A DNA stretch of 64,000 nucleotides from Octopus sinensis (lineage: Eukaryota): NCBI RefSeq assembly GCF_006345805.1, contig NC_043003.1:43710001-43774000 (forward strand), written 5' to 3'. Below, one piece after another: positions 1-12,020 of this stretch. Within the stretch, counting starts at the first letter, position 1. Each line of letters starts with the position of its first letter. The translations under genes and the position numbers were made by a program. Below the pieces are notes generated by a model. The model did not search any database, was not told the origin of the DNA, and worked only from the letters and a program-made list of their open reading frames with translations.

Positions 1-900
1 TCAGCCAAAAATTGTGTGAACATACATAATTCTACATCTCTTACATACAGAAATGTATTATTCTTTCATTGTATGCAGGCTGTTTGTGTACATTGCTTTC
101 ATTTGTCTATCTCTAATTTCAATACCGCATTCTGACATGAGCATATATCAGTAAATGTGTCGATCAATCACTCCGAGGTCATTTTCTCAACTATTCTCAA
201 GGAGTTGTATTATCAGCTTTCCAAGTGTCTCATCAACTTCTTAGATTCCTTTTCTGTTCTTATTAGTATTAATAATTTTAGGAAGTGGGGTTCTCTCGTG
301 GAAAGGTGGATGGAGTTGTATTCGATATTCTTCTAGTATTCCATCTAACAGTTCATTGCTAATGTAATCATTTATAGTGTTTTTAGTATCAACTGATGGC
401 CCACCTTCATAGTGTTCTGAGTAGCCAGTTTGCTCGTTTGAGTGAGGGATTTCAGAGCTTTTTGCTTGTGGGTATAAGTGAGTATGCCTTATACCTAAGC
501 TGAGTCTTGACTGATCTGACTACTTTATCAATTTCACTGTCAGTCTTTTATCCTTTAAGATATCACATCTCACAGCTCCTAATTTATTACTGTCCGTGTA
601 CTGCCTCCTATGACGGTATTTCCACCTCCAGATATTGTAGGTCTCTTTTTGTGTGATTGATGTTTCTGAGTTTAGCGTTGAAGGATATTAAGCATGCATA
701 ACTTCGATATATTCCTCCTTAGTCCATTTCTGCCTTGTATTTCTATGTATTTCAGATAGTTGCTCTTAAGCATCAGTTTCAGGAATATCCCTGGTTTAAT
801 TTGCTATAGGTTCTTGAGGAGGTTAGTCTAGATTTAAGAGTTTTCGAGCTCAGTGTCAGAGCATAAGTTCGCTGATGAACATGTTCTTTGAACGACGTGG
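1..900 (-). mobile_element. Degenerate N-terminal ORF region of an RLE-type non-LTR retrotransposon
   Basis: Minus-strand translation around 540-735 gives RQKWTKEEYIEVMHA*Y...ETYNIWR...DSNKLGAVRCDILKDKRLT, resembling the N-terminal motif of R4/Dong-like elements; many stops and frameshifts. Confidence 0.55.
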
Positions 901-1504
901 GTTTTAGTGGGTATTTCCATGGTTGGTATCCAGAGCCGTACTATGAGCACATGGGATTAACCAGTTGCCTGGTTCCTTGGGTAAATTTCAGAGGTCCCTG
1001 GCATCATCATTTTCCGGCGCGAAAAAAAAATGATATTTTGAGGAAATTTAAATTAGTTCATGCAATGACCTGCTGCCTGGAAGGTGTCAAAAAGAGGCAG
1101 ATATTGAAATTACAACCAGGGGAGACAGAGACAGAGACCAAAAACAGAACCATTGGGCAGTTTCCCAAATTAGGTTTATCTCCAAGCTATTTCCAGTAGG
1201 ATGGTGATGGCATTGATGACACCGGTTGTGAAAGTTGTAATGGGATAGTATATGTTCTGTCAGCAGGATGTAAACGGCGCTGGATGTGTATGTTTGTCTA
1301 CAGGCTATTAGCAATAGTAGCTTTAGCGGCAGCAGCAGCAGTAACTGTAGAAGTGCGAACAGGAAGCAAAAGAAGCGTCACAGTCTCGCGGTCAGCAGAG
1401 GTCAAATGAGTTTCCTACTACCAAAAGCGGGATGACCTTGGCCTTGGGTAGGTCCAACTCAACCTGTTCTATTTTAATCACAAATAAAAAAAATACACAC
1501 ACAC

Positions 1505-1590
<86 letters not shown>

Positions 1591-1668
1591 GGTAATAATA
1601 ATTATTATATATATATGCGTATATCGGTACAGAACGTCACTAACAGTAAACAACATGAAATGCGACGT

Positions 1669-1844
1669 AAATAACCGACGAAAAAAAGGACAGGTAATAC
1701 AGAGTGACCCTTCATCAGTTGTCAGCTGTTTATCTACTCCTAATTTCGAGCAATGTCGTTGATTAAATGGGGAGTAGATAGACAGCCAACAAATGATGTA
1801 GGTTCATTTTTTGTATTACTTGTCCTCTTTGTTTCTCGTTATTT
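1669..1844. mobile_element. Foldback (palindromic) MITE-like repeat
   Basis: Left arm aggacaggtaatacagagtgacccttcatcagttgtcagctgtttatctactcc is an imperfect reverse complement of right arm ggagtagatagacagccaacaaatgatgtaggttcattttttgtattacttgtcct. Confidence 0.7.
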
Positions 1845-1916
1845 GTGTATAATTAACTTATTTGATTCCGTACTTTACGTTGTTTACTGCTGGTGACGTC
1901 CTGTACTCATGTATGC

Positions 1917-2029
<113 letters not shown>

Positions 2030-2089
2030 TTATGTTATTATAATTTAATTGTAAGTCAAGCATCCATTTCCAAGTATGGAAGTAGCGCT

Positions 2090-2255
2090 AACCAAGTATT
2101 CGCAAACGATGTTCCATACCGTTTAACCTCACTCTCACCACACATTCTACATTTATTGCTGACGTTAGTCTTGTCTACTCTGCGCATGATATAGTTAATC
2201 CTTAACGCTTGTTGCTGAGCAGCGCATATGAGTGCTTCATTTTTGTTTTCATTAT
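2090..2255 (-). mobile_element. RLE LINE fragment (zinc-knuckle region), family B
   Basis: EALICAAQQQALRINYI...VSNKCRMCGE then frameshifted TVWNIVCE. Confidence 0.8.
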
Positions 2256-2259
2256 TAGT

Positions 2260-3240
2260 CAGTAGACTTATTCTTATCACGTACTTTCATTGCACTACCG
2301 AGCGCAGCTTTGTATGCCATTGGTACGTGCTGTGGTTTAGTGTGCTGCTCTCATTTTTACCGTATTGAAATCGTATTATGTGTTATTTTTGTATTTTAAA
2401 TATATTTGTCAGTACTGTTGTTTTTTTATGTACTTGTCTGAATATATATTTTCATCGTACCTAATGCACCAACTATGAAAGGAATTGTTTCTGTTTTTGA
2501 CTTCACATCCAAGTTACTTCAATTTCCAGGTGTTTGTATTTTGAAAGGTTCTCTGTTTCTTTCAGAGAAACATTGTCCTCTGTCGGCATTGATACATCAA
2601 TTAGAAAATATTTTTCTCGATGATCTCTGTCAGCTTTATCCAGCATATTTGCTTTGATTTCTTCGAGTGTGTATTGGCATATCTCAGAATATGGTTGCTT
2701 TCTCTTTCTCAATAACCTTTTTTGTTGTGTGCCTATACCGTCTTTTTTTTTGTTGTTATCCCATAGTGTTGGCCCAGCTTCCAGTGTATATAGGTCCCAA
2801 CTCTGTGATATCTGTGAATATACTCCTTCTTAGCCAGGACTGGGCAGCCAGAGATAATATGATTTATTGTTCCCTGAACATCTCCACATATTCTGCAGTT
2901 AGTTGTTATATTTATTTTCATGATATGTTTATGGTAATATCTAGTGGCGAGGTTTTGTGCTGCAATTAAAAATCCTTCCGTCTCTGCTTTGAGGCCTGAG
3001 CTTCTCAGCCATTGTTGGGTTTTGTTTTGTTTGTCGTTTTGTTTAGTTTAATCTAGTATTTGCTATGAAGGGCCTTCTCTTGACATCGTTTTATCATGAT
3101 CCGTTGCTGCTCCAGTTTTAGTTTTGATTTCATTTGCTTTACAGCTTTTGCTGTTTCCTCTTTTTCTTCACAGGAGTTAGGTAGGTACTATGACTTGATT
3201 TTTGTATTTGTCAGCTTCCTTAAATACTGAAAGCAGTTTT
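2260..3240 (-). mobile_element. 5'-truncated RLE LINE, family A, with 3' end
   Basis: QQWLRSSGLKAETEGFLIAAQ; CRICGDVQGTINHIISGCPVLAKKEYIHRY (CCHC knuckle); FLIDVSMPTEDNVSLKETENLSKYKHLEIEV (PD..D/ExK nuclease region); ETIPFIVGALG; 3' UTR ending in ...ctactgactaataat. Confidence 0.85.
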
Positions 3241-3396
3241 TCTTCTTCTTCTTCTTCTTCTTCTTCTTCTTCTTCTTCTTCTTCTTCTTCTCTTTCTTCT
3301 TCTTCTTCTTCTTCTTCTTCTTCTTCTTCTTCTTCTTCTCTTCTTCTTCTTCTTCTTCTCTTCTTCTTCTTCTTCTTCTTCTTCTTCTTCTTCTTC
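3240..3396. repeat. (TTC)n microsatellite
   Basis: Direct reading. Confidence 0.95.
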
Positions 3397-3419
3397 GTGT
3401 TGTTGTTGCTGTTGTTGTC

Positions 3420-3852
3420 TTTCCACAGGTTTTAAAGTTGGAGATGTACTGCGGTTTCAGCTGCTCACTACCAGAGAACTAAGGGAATATCCCTTAGTTT
3501 TCGTGCACCCTCCGGTGTATTCGAGCGGTTCCAGGTAGTGCTGTTTTCTGCAAGTACTCCACTCCTATTACATTCTCTATTTCTTGTATGTACTTCTCAT
3601 AATTTTTACTTATTGTTCCCAGGTCTCCGACAATCATTGGCACTACTACAATTTATTCAGGGACCACAACTGCTTAACCTCACAAGCTGACCTGTTATAT
3701 CTATCGACGTTTCATTCTTCCTTATCGCACCCCTTGTTGTCAGCTGGGCATGCTATAGCTATGATCAAGCATCATTTGCTTTGTTTCTCAATTAACACTA
3801 CGTCCGGTTTCCTATTCTCTATCTCATGGTCACACTGAATCATAAAATCCCA

Positions 3853-3853
<1 letters not shown>
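3420..3853 (-). mobile_element. 3' fragment of RLE LINE, family B
   Basis: WDFMIQCDHEIENRKPDVVLIEK...IACPADN...VVVPMIVGDLG...LQKTALPGTARIHRRVHEN*; flanked by (AAT)n upstream and (CAA)/(GAA)n downstream. Confidence 0.85.
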
Positions 3854-3896
<43 letters not shown>

Positions 3897-4013
3897 TATT
3901 ATTATTATATTATTATTATTATTATTGTCGTTGTTGTTGTTATTGTCGTTGTTGTTGTTATTGTCATTGTTGTTGTTGTTGTCGTTGTTGTTGTTGTTGC
4001 TATTATTGCTTCA

Positions 4014-4150
4014 GGCGCTGAGCTGGCAGAATCGTTAGCATGCTGGACGAAATACCTAACCGTATTCCTCCCATCGCTAGCTTCCGAGTTAAAATTCTGT
4101 CGTGGTCAACTTTGTCTTTCGTCTTTTCGGTGTCGATAAAATAAGTATTC
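4014..4150 (+). mobile_element. tRNA-derived SINE (ggcggcgagctggcagaa family), degenerate
   Basis: Head ggcgctgagctggcagaatcgttagc, B-box-like gagttaaaattc, body similar to 20929-21123. Confidence 0.75.
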
Positions 4151-4438
4151 GACTCATCTCCTCCCACAAGACTGCTGCTCTAATGACAAATTTTGAAACC
4201 CTGAGTGACGAAACCGTTCTGCACGCCTTCCTTCAGTGTCAGGGCATTACTGAATTGTCGGGGTTATGTCGGACAGCTGCTGTCACCTTTGGGACATATA
4301 CATTCCTCTTTGGTAGAGCTCTCATTGACTTCTTCAAGTTTCACTTGAAAAGGAAATTGTGAGTGTAGATCTGTGAGTCGGAGAGAAGGAACTGGAGGAC
4401 GCACTTCATATTTCGCCCTTGTGGTAAATCAATGTAAT

Positions 4439-4447
4439 CATCATCAC

Positions 4448-4501
<54 letters not shown>

Positions 4502-4509
4502 TATCATCA

Positions 4510-4585
<76 letters not shown>

Positions 4586-4624
4586 TATTATTATTATTAT
4601 TAGTATAGTAGTAGTAGTAGTAGT

Positions 4625-4656
<32 letters not shown>

Positions 4657-4657
4657 T

Positions 4658-4703
<46 letters not shown>

Positions 4704-4735
4704 CTGTAGTTGTATAGTAACAGCAGTACTAGTAC
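4439..4735. repeat. Compound trinucleotide microsatellite CAT/CGT/TAT/TAG/CAG
   Basis: Direct reading. Confidence 0.95.
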
Positions 4736-7125
4736 TGTTTTTTGTTCTTGTAGTAGTGTTTGAGTGTCGTTTTTAATTTAATTTTATGTATTTATAATAT
4801 TTAAAGTTTAATTTCCAATATCAAAGTTCCTAAATCCATAATGATCGAAGAGTAGTTTTGCTCATGTTCTAAAGCATTTTTCTATGCACTCACCTTCTTC
4901 TTGAATCGACAATCTGTGAAGAGGTTTGAGTAATGTTTGATTACAATATCCGAACCGTTTTCGTTGATCTGTTTCAATGCAAACTAGCAAAAATAATTCT
5001 GGGCTCTCTAAGGAAATCTTTCTATAATTTTTTTCTTTCTAATCCTTGTGAATATGTCTACTTTTGTATCATAGTAAGGTAGCTCGATTTACTTCATGGC
5101 CTCTTGCCTTAGCTTCGAGACAGCTTGAATTGAAGTAAATAATTTTTCTGTTACGAATCTAATTAAACTACCAATATACAAACAAAATTGAGCAGCAATA
5201 CAATATCAAGCTTCAAGTTTCTAAATACAAGCACATGATTTTAGTTTGCTCAAGGCAGTCAATCCGCCAGTACTCAACTCCGTTCACGCTGTATTCATTC
5301 TTACCGCAATTCAACAAGGTAATTCAATTACTGGTTTCATGTCCTCTGACACAGTATTCCTGAGAGCCAATGTTTGATTGCCCTAAATGACTAGTTCTCT
5401 TCTGGTTACAGGAATTTAATTCGTTGTAAGGAAAATTTGCAACGTAACTGGCATCAGTGCAACACAATATATTTTTCTATTGTCAGATGTCATTCATGGT
5501 CAATAACACCTAAGAGGAAACATCCTGGTAATTGAGTAGTTCTGATTAATTCTTTTATCAAACTAAAAGCTAACAAGGCAAGGATTCGTAGACAACATGT
5601 ACATAAAATTTTCTACAATTCCTACTTTGTTTACTCCAATGCAAGTAAGAAATTACTCACGTATGGTCCTAAATAGAACGTGCCCTTAGAATGAAATAAA
5701 CTCTGATAATTAATAAAAGAATACCTCATAGCAGTGCCTTGTTAAGAAAGTTACTGTCTGCGTTTGTTAAATTAGGATACTTTTACTGCGACATATTCAC
5801 TTACCAAGGTTAATTGGTTTCAGGATTCCGATGGCCTTACGAGCTCTGCTAAACATACACCAGTTCTTATACTTCCTCTTCATATCAACAAACTTATCAT
5901 CGGTATTTTGTTGAACTTTTCAGATATCGAAGAAATTTCGCGCTCAATCGACTGTTGATAATCCACTGGATAAGATAAATAAAACCTTTATAGGTTTGTT
6001 TCAATTATGATGCTCATCGTTGTTGTGATGGTTCAACTAATGTATAATAGAAGTCGTTGTTATTGTTGCTGGTGGTAATGACAGCGATAAATAAATCAAA
6101 TCTAATTACTTGAAATATCGATCAGCTACTTCAAAATATGGTACGCTACTACTGCTTTCAGTGAATAACATATATTCTCTCACTTCCTAATATCTTCTAG
6201 ATTTACAATTCGGCGTTCAAGGACAGTCCATCCGAATCTAATAATTCGAGAAACGTTGTTTCATCGTGAAATTTTAATAAAAATGTACGACAACAATTTT
6301 CTTGATTTAGTTCTATATTTGGTAACAGTACCCCATATTTCTATTAAGCATAAAATTACATCCAAGTATTAAGCATATAATTAATTCTTTCGAAAAAATC
6401 AAATGGATAGTGTCAGAAATGCATTCTGTAATTTATGTAGCATTTTCTCAGGTTTCCCCCAGGGAAGAGAAATGTTATAGGTCAAATGACATAGCACTGT
6501 TCCTCCTGGTAATTTGGGATATTCTAGTAAATATAAAACCTGCATTACCTCTGCTAACGTTGCTATATATATTAACCTAGGTTCCACTATTTGTGCACTT
6601 GAACAGCAACTTAATAATCAATATTAATTTCTACCCTCATAATTGAACTTTTAAGTAGACATGTTCTCTAACCGGGGAATTCGCTGCGGAAATTTATTAA
6701 CTGTTGTGTTCTTTCCGGTTTCAGCGAGCCGAAATAAGTACAATTGTAAGAGAAAAAATAATGTCAGAACTTTATACACATTCTCTATCAAGAGGACGTT
6801 TTGTGTCTAGTTCTATGATATATATTTCCAGCAACGACTTACTGATTACCTACAGATGATCACATTAGTGATTGTTAGTAGGGATATTTTGTATCTTTTA
6901 ATTTGTCTTGCTCGCTTACATTCTGGCGTATGCTGAAATGTTTTGAGAAAATTCTTCGTGGTAAGGCGATTAGGCGTCTTCTATCATATTAGAAATCCAC
7001 CTTAGTGGCTATTCCTCTTATACATGTAATATAATTCATAGTCTTCAGATTTTTTAAGTTTGCTAGGCCACTGGTTTAAATTTATATTAATTAATAATAT
7101 TAATTTCTAACCTCATTATTTAAAT

Positions 7126-8204
7126 TATATTTGTTCGGAAAGTTATGAGCGTTTTTTAATATGCAAAAAGGGATATAAATAATTGATCTTACAATAGATT
7201 TTATTCAATGAAATAATTTCCATTATTATTAATGACCTTTGCTATTCTATCAGCATCAAATTTAACTAGTGCTAAAGAAAAAATTATCTACATGCATTTT
7301 GACTCCATGTAAATCGTTAAATGGTTTTCTATAGTTACAAAAAGAAGTGGTAGTCTGATGGCGCAGTATCAGGAAAATATGGTGGATATGGTTCATGCAA
7401 CAGTATTTGGGTAGCCAAAAACACATGTGGTCAGGTATTGTCTTGGCGGAACACTACGGCCTAAATTCTTTGATTTGTTTGGTTTAAATTAGGCAGCTGA
7501 CGACAGTACATATCAGAATTAATAATCTGGTTTTGTGAAAGAAGTTCATAAGGAATAATGCCTTCATGATACCACTAAACATAAATCATAATATTTTTGG
7601 CATGTATACTCGTCTTTTGTTGCTGTTTTGGGGGATCCTTATACAAACTCCTGGATGATTTTCGCACAACGTTTTCGTACACAATCCATTTTTCATCTCT
7701 ATTCACATGTTGTTTCAAAGAAAAGTACGCTTTCATTCCATTTCAAAAGCACATTTCAAACGGAATACCGGTCCAAGCAATTCTTTTCGGAGAGTTTGTG
7801 TGTGATCAATACATTATAGCAAGAAATGTATCCTAGATTCCCTAAGGGTTTGCGAACCGTACCTTTGAGAATTTCCAACTTCTCTGCAAGTTCTCTATTC
7901 ATGATATTTGAATTTTCTTTGATTCTTCAAAACATCTTCATCCAATTTTGTTTCTGCAAGTCTTTGCAGCAATTTTCCCATTTTTAAAGCGAAAGACATT
8001 ACAAAGCGAATATCAAATTGTTAGTTATCCATTTCGAATATCAATAAAGTGTAACCGGAATGAAAGATAAATCCAATTTTAGTCAGGAACAAAAAGATGC
8101 ATCAAGCAATGCAAAAGTGTTATCTGTGATACGTTTGTTGTGTGTTCAATGAAGCGTTAAAAGATTTAGCTCTAAAACGGTCAGAGCGTTCCAGACTATC
8201 TAAT
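7126..8204 (-). mobile_element. Degenerate mariner (D,D34D-type) transposon with both TIRs
   Basis: Minus-strand pseudo-ORF ~8032-7201: RELAEKL, DEKWIVYENV, VVFRQDNT*PHV, PYFPDTAPSDYHFF, GNYFIE*. Imperfect TIRs at 7126-7156 and ~8174-8204; one end runs into (TA)n. Confidence 0.85.
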
Positions 8205-8220
8205 ATATATATATATATAT

Positions 8221-8275
<55 letters not shown>

Positions 8276-8380
8276 ATATATATGCGTATGTAATTATGTA
8301 TGTATATATATAATTATTATATATATATTGTATATATATGCGTATGTATTTATGTGTATATATAATTATTATATTATATA

Positions 8381-8416
8381 TAGTCTACCGGTTTCGCATC
8401 TTGCTAATCATGACTA
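8381..8416 (-). ncRNA. Degenerate minimal type I hammerhead ribozyme motif (ACCGGT stem III family)
   Basis: TAGTC-ATGATTA-GC aagat GC-GAAA-CCGG-TA-GACTA: perfect 5-bp stem I, palindromic stem III, two substitutions in the CUGAUGA box. Confidence 0.5.
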
Positions 8417-8568
8417 GGAAATTGATGAGAATATTTCAATTTCGTTTTATCTTATGGAATGTGTGTGTAAATGAACCACCATGTAAATAAATCTAAGTGG
8501 AGGTAATTTATTATTCGAGACAGGAGAGGTAATTGCACTTTATGAATATTTTTGCGTACGGACGGAAT

Positions 8569-8602
<34 letters not shown>

Positions 8603-9129
8603 AAAGACACACTCAGAGAGACACACACACTAATATATATGTAATGTGCATTGAAAATTCTTTGTGAGGAGCTGAAATAACTTAAAACACATTAGAAGAA
8701 TTACAAAATTTAATATCGATACGCAGATACATACAAACTGTAACAAATATCTCTCAGGGTTATACAACATTGTGAATCAAAAGCTTTTGCATACAGCACA
8801 ACTATATCCATATTGTTTTTTAAGCCGAGATGTTCGAATTCCTATAATGAGACTTCGTAAAAAATATTTCCTTTATTTCGTCAATTAAAGTCACTTTGGA
8901 GTGCAATCATTATATTACTCTGAATCACTATGACAACAAATTATTGAGATTTTCTATGGTACATTAATCAGCATTAGAAAATATGTAGGAGACGAATTGG
9001 AAATTTAGAGCCGAAACTAATAATAAATTGTGGAATATTTGCTTTTAATTAACTGATGTCACTTTATCATTCAATCTATTAGGTATTGTTATACACCGCT
9101 GGTCACAATGCGGTTTTAATTCTTTCTTG

Positions 9130-9660
9130 ATTGCGCTATTTTTCCACCTCGTTCCAAACACATACCCATTATTGCAAAGGACTTTCTATTGGCTTTTTGC
9201 GATCTCTAGGACACCACTCGTCAGTTGTGCATCTCACCTCTTGTCTGTGAACTTGTGCTTTAAGTATTCTCCACTTTCATCATTCATTCGTGTCCTTTTT
9301 CGAATTACATTATTTCGGATATGCTCTCATGATGATATATTATGTATGGTTAGTTTGTAGCAGTTTGCAGTTGAAATTCTTCATTCTTTGTAGTAGCCCA
9401 CTTCTCACTGGAATACAACATGGGTTGTTGAATATTGCTGCACATATGTTCATGTCCAGATTTTTACTGAGCACATCTTATTGAGATAAACACCTTCGAT
9501 CTTTTCCTTATTCTCTTCCAAATATCTGCTTTCATATCTCGGCGCATTATCAATGTGTACTCTAAGTAGACGCACTTATTTATCTCTTCAGTCTTTCGCT
9601 TCCTTCAGTTTTTTTCGCTTAGCGTATATGACAGTAAAGATTGGTTTGAAATAGGGCAGA
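9130..9660 (-). mobile_element. RTE-clade LINE fragment (C-terminal RT region)
   Basis: EEINKCVYLEY...PMLYSSEKWATTKNEE...EHIRNNVIRKRT...EYLKHKF, matching the RTE pattern YVYLG...MLYASETWATTK..E...EHIRNE.IR. Confidence 0.75.
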
Positions 9661-9760
9661 NNNNNNNNNNNNNNNNNNNNNNNNNNNNNNNNNNNNNNNN
9701 NNNNNNNNNNNNNNNNNNNNNNNNNNNNNNNNNNNNNNNNNNNNNNNNNNNNNNNNNNNN
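9661..9760. other. Assembly gap (100 N)
   Basis: Run of n; length probably nominal. Confidence 1.
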
Positions 9761-9870
9761 ACAAGGCTTTGGTCGGCCCGAGACTATAGTAGAAGGACAC
9801 TGCCCAGGGTGCCGCGCAGTGGGACTGCTGAACTGGAACCATGTGGTTGGTAAACAAGCTACTTCCACAC
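9761..9870 (-). mobile_element. tRNA-derived SINE head (ggcgtggctgtgtggtaag family), cut by the gap
   Basis: Reverse complement reads gtgtgtggaagtagcttgtttaccaaccacatggttccagttcag..., homologous to 40665-40830. Confidence 0.8.
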
Positions 9871-9937
9871 ACTATACAAATATTCTTTTAAAAAAACGTT
9901 TCTTTTAATTTTTCTAAATTTGATTATTTAATTGATA

Positions 9938-9973
9938 CAGTTGAAAAAGTGTCAATGGCTGAAACCGGTACTG
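9938..9973 (+). ncRNA. Degenerate minimal type I hammerhead motif (ACCGGT stem III family)
   Basis: CAG-TTGAAAA-agtgtcaatggct-GAAA-CCGG-TA-CTG: stem I CAG/CTG, GAAA and GUA triplet intact, CUGANGA box decayed. Confidence 0.4.
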
Positions 9974-10156
9974 AAATGCTTTTTATAAAATTATTTTAGC
10001 ATTTTCTATCTTGACTTTTTTTCCATATATATCAACTCGTGTGTTCCTTTGCATCCTTATACATACATACATACATACATACATACATACATACATACAT
10101 ACATACATACATACATACATACATACGTACAACGTACATACATACATACATATATA

Positions 10157-10723
10157 TTACTCTTTTACTTGTTTCAGTCATTTCACTGCGGCTATGCTGG
10201 AGCGCCGCTTTTATTCGAGCAAATCGACCCTAGGACTTATTCTTTGTAAGCCTAGTACTTATTCTATCGGTCTCTTTTGCCGAACCGCTACGTTACGGGG
10301 ACGTAAACATGCCAGCATCAGTTGTCAAAACGATGTGGGGGTACAAACACATACACACTAACGCGCCACACACACCACACACACACACACCACACACCAA
10401 CACACACACTATATTATTATATAAATATATATATAAATAATAAATATAGGGAATAAATCCAAATTACAGGGAAAAAATCAGATTTAGGATAAATCCAATT
10501 TTATAGTAAAAAAATATTATAAAATATTATTAGAGACAAAACCACTATTTTGCAAAACAAACAAGGAAAGACTTAATCAATACATAAAATTTTAATAAAT
10601 ACATATATGTGACAGGCTTCTTTCTGTTTCCATCTACCAAATCCGCTCACAAGGCTTTGGTCGGCCCGAAGGTATAGTAGAAGACACTTGCCGAATGTTC
10701 CACGCATTGGGACTGAACCCGGA
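10157..10723 (-). mobile_element. Composite SINE interrupted by a ~200-bp AT-rich repeat in its internal microsatellite
   Basis: Tail 10157-10360 and head 10605-10723 match the uninterrupted copy at 44586-44927; insert ~10410-10600. Confidence 0.75.
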
Positions 10724-12020
10724 AAAAGCAAAATGATATCTAATTTTCTTTGTTATTTTCTTTTTATAAGTGTTGGTCTATTCAAGTATTTTCTTGCATT
10801 TTTTTTATCTGCTTGCTCCCTCGTTTAACGTATTCATATAGATATATATTGTTATAGAAATGATTCAATCGTGTAAATGTGGAACGTGGAAGCGTCTGTG
10901 AAATTATGATTCTTATATGCTTCTTTCTTCACCATTCCTGTTTTTGTGTATACACTATTTCAGTAATGGCTAACTTAAGTAAAATTTTCCATTTCTAATT
11001 CCTTTTCTGTCACATAAATGTATGTCTTCTTTGATTGTGTTAATAATTAATGTTTAAATACTGGAATGTAGACGCTCTTTATTTAGACACTGTTTTTCTT
11101 TCTTTCTTTCTTTCTTTCAATGTTTTTCTTTGTCATATCATTTCTCTTTCAGAGAGAAACAATTGAAATTTAATGACAAATATACAGCTGTTTTTCGATA
11201 ATGTACCTCTCCACCAGAATGTTTGACGCCCCATTGTTCTTCAATAATTCTAGATTAATCGGAGTTCATTTAAAAATCTCTCGGTATTGTGAAAAACCAC
11301 AAAATTAATGTGGCGAAATCTTTTTCTTAAATTTAAAAGCTAAATACTTTAGAGAAACAACGAAATTTAAGTTTATTGATTTTAATTATATTTTAATTGT
11401 AGAATCATCGAAATATAAGGTTAATTATATTTTAATTTTTGTAATTTCTTTCCTTATTACCACCCTGGTATAATTATGATAGACAGAATAATAACTTACA
11501 TGTTTCTGTCCATTTACAAAATTTAAGTGATAGATTCCAAGCCCCTACTTTAATTTGCAAGCCCTCCCCAAATTAGTCATAATTTCTCTCTATTTTAATT
11601 ATAAATCCACTCACTAGTGGTTACTCTCCTTTTCATCTCTCTCCCTTATAGGCCTTCTTTTATTGCAGTTCTCCATATATGAATTCCACCCCCACCAAAA
11701 ACAAAAGATCATTTATCATATCTAAATATAATTGAGTTGTCAACTTTTCGATGAGGGCCATTTATCTGTAAAATATTTTTTAGAATGAGTGAATGAAATA
11801 AAAACCATGACATTTGAACACATCGTTTTTGGTTAGATGTGTCCGTATCAGGCGAATTATAGTAATTTATAGTTAAATATTATACATAAATATACATACA
11901 TGTATGCATGCATGCATACATACATACATACATACATACATACATACATACATACATACATACATACATGCATACATACATACATACATATATACATACA
12001 TACTAACATACATACATATC

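Noticed and set aside
888-1199. 103-aa ORF ending LSPSYFQ, reminiscent of the HS3ST exon-2 motif EKxPSYF
   Set aside because: It lies 50 kb upstream of exon 1, has no other sulfotransferase motifs, and sits antisense to a LINE remnant.
6399-6587. LCHLTYN...HKL resembles the PIWI C-terminal LCHLYYN...AHKL motif
   Set aside because: The spacing differs and no other PIWI motifs are nearby; kept only as part of the unidentified gene-relic finding.
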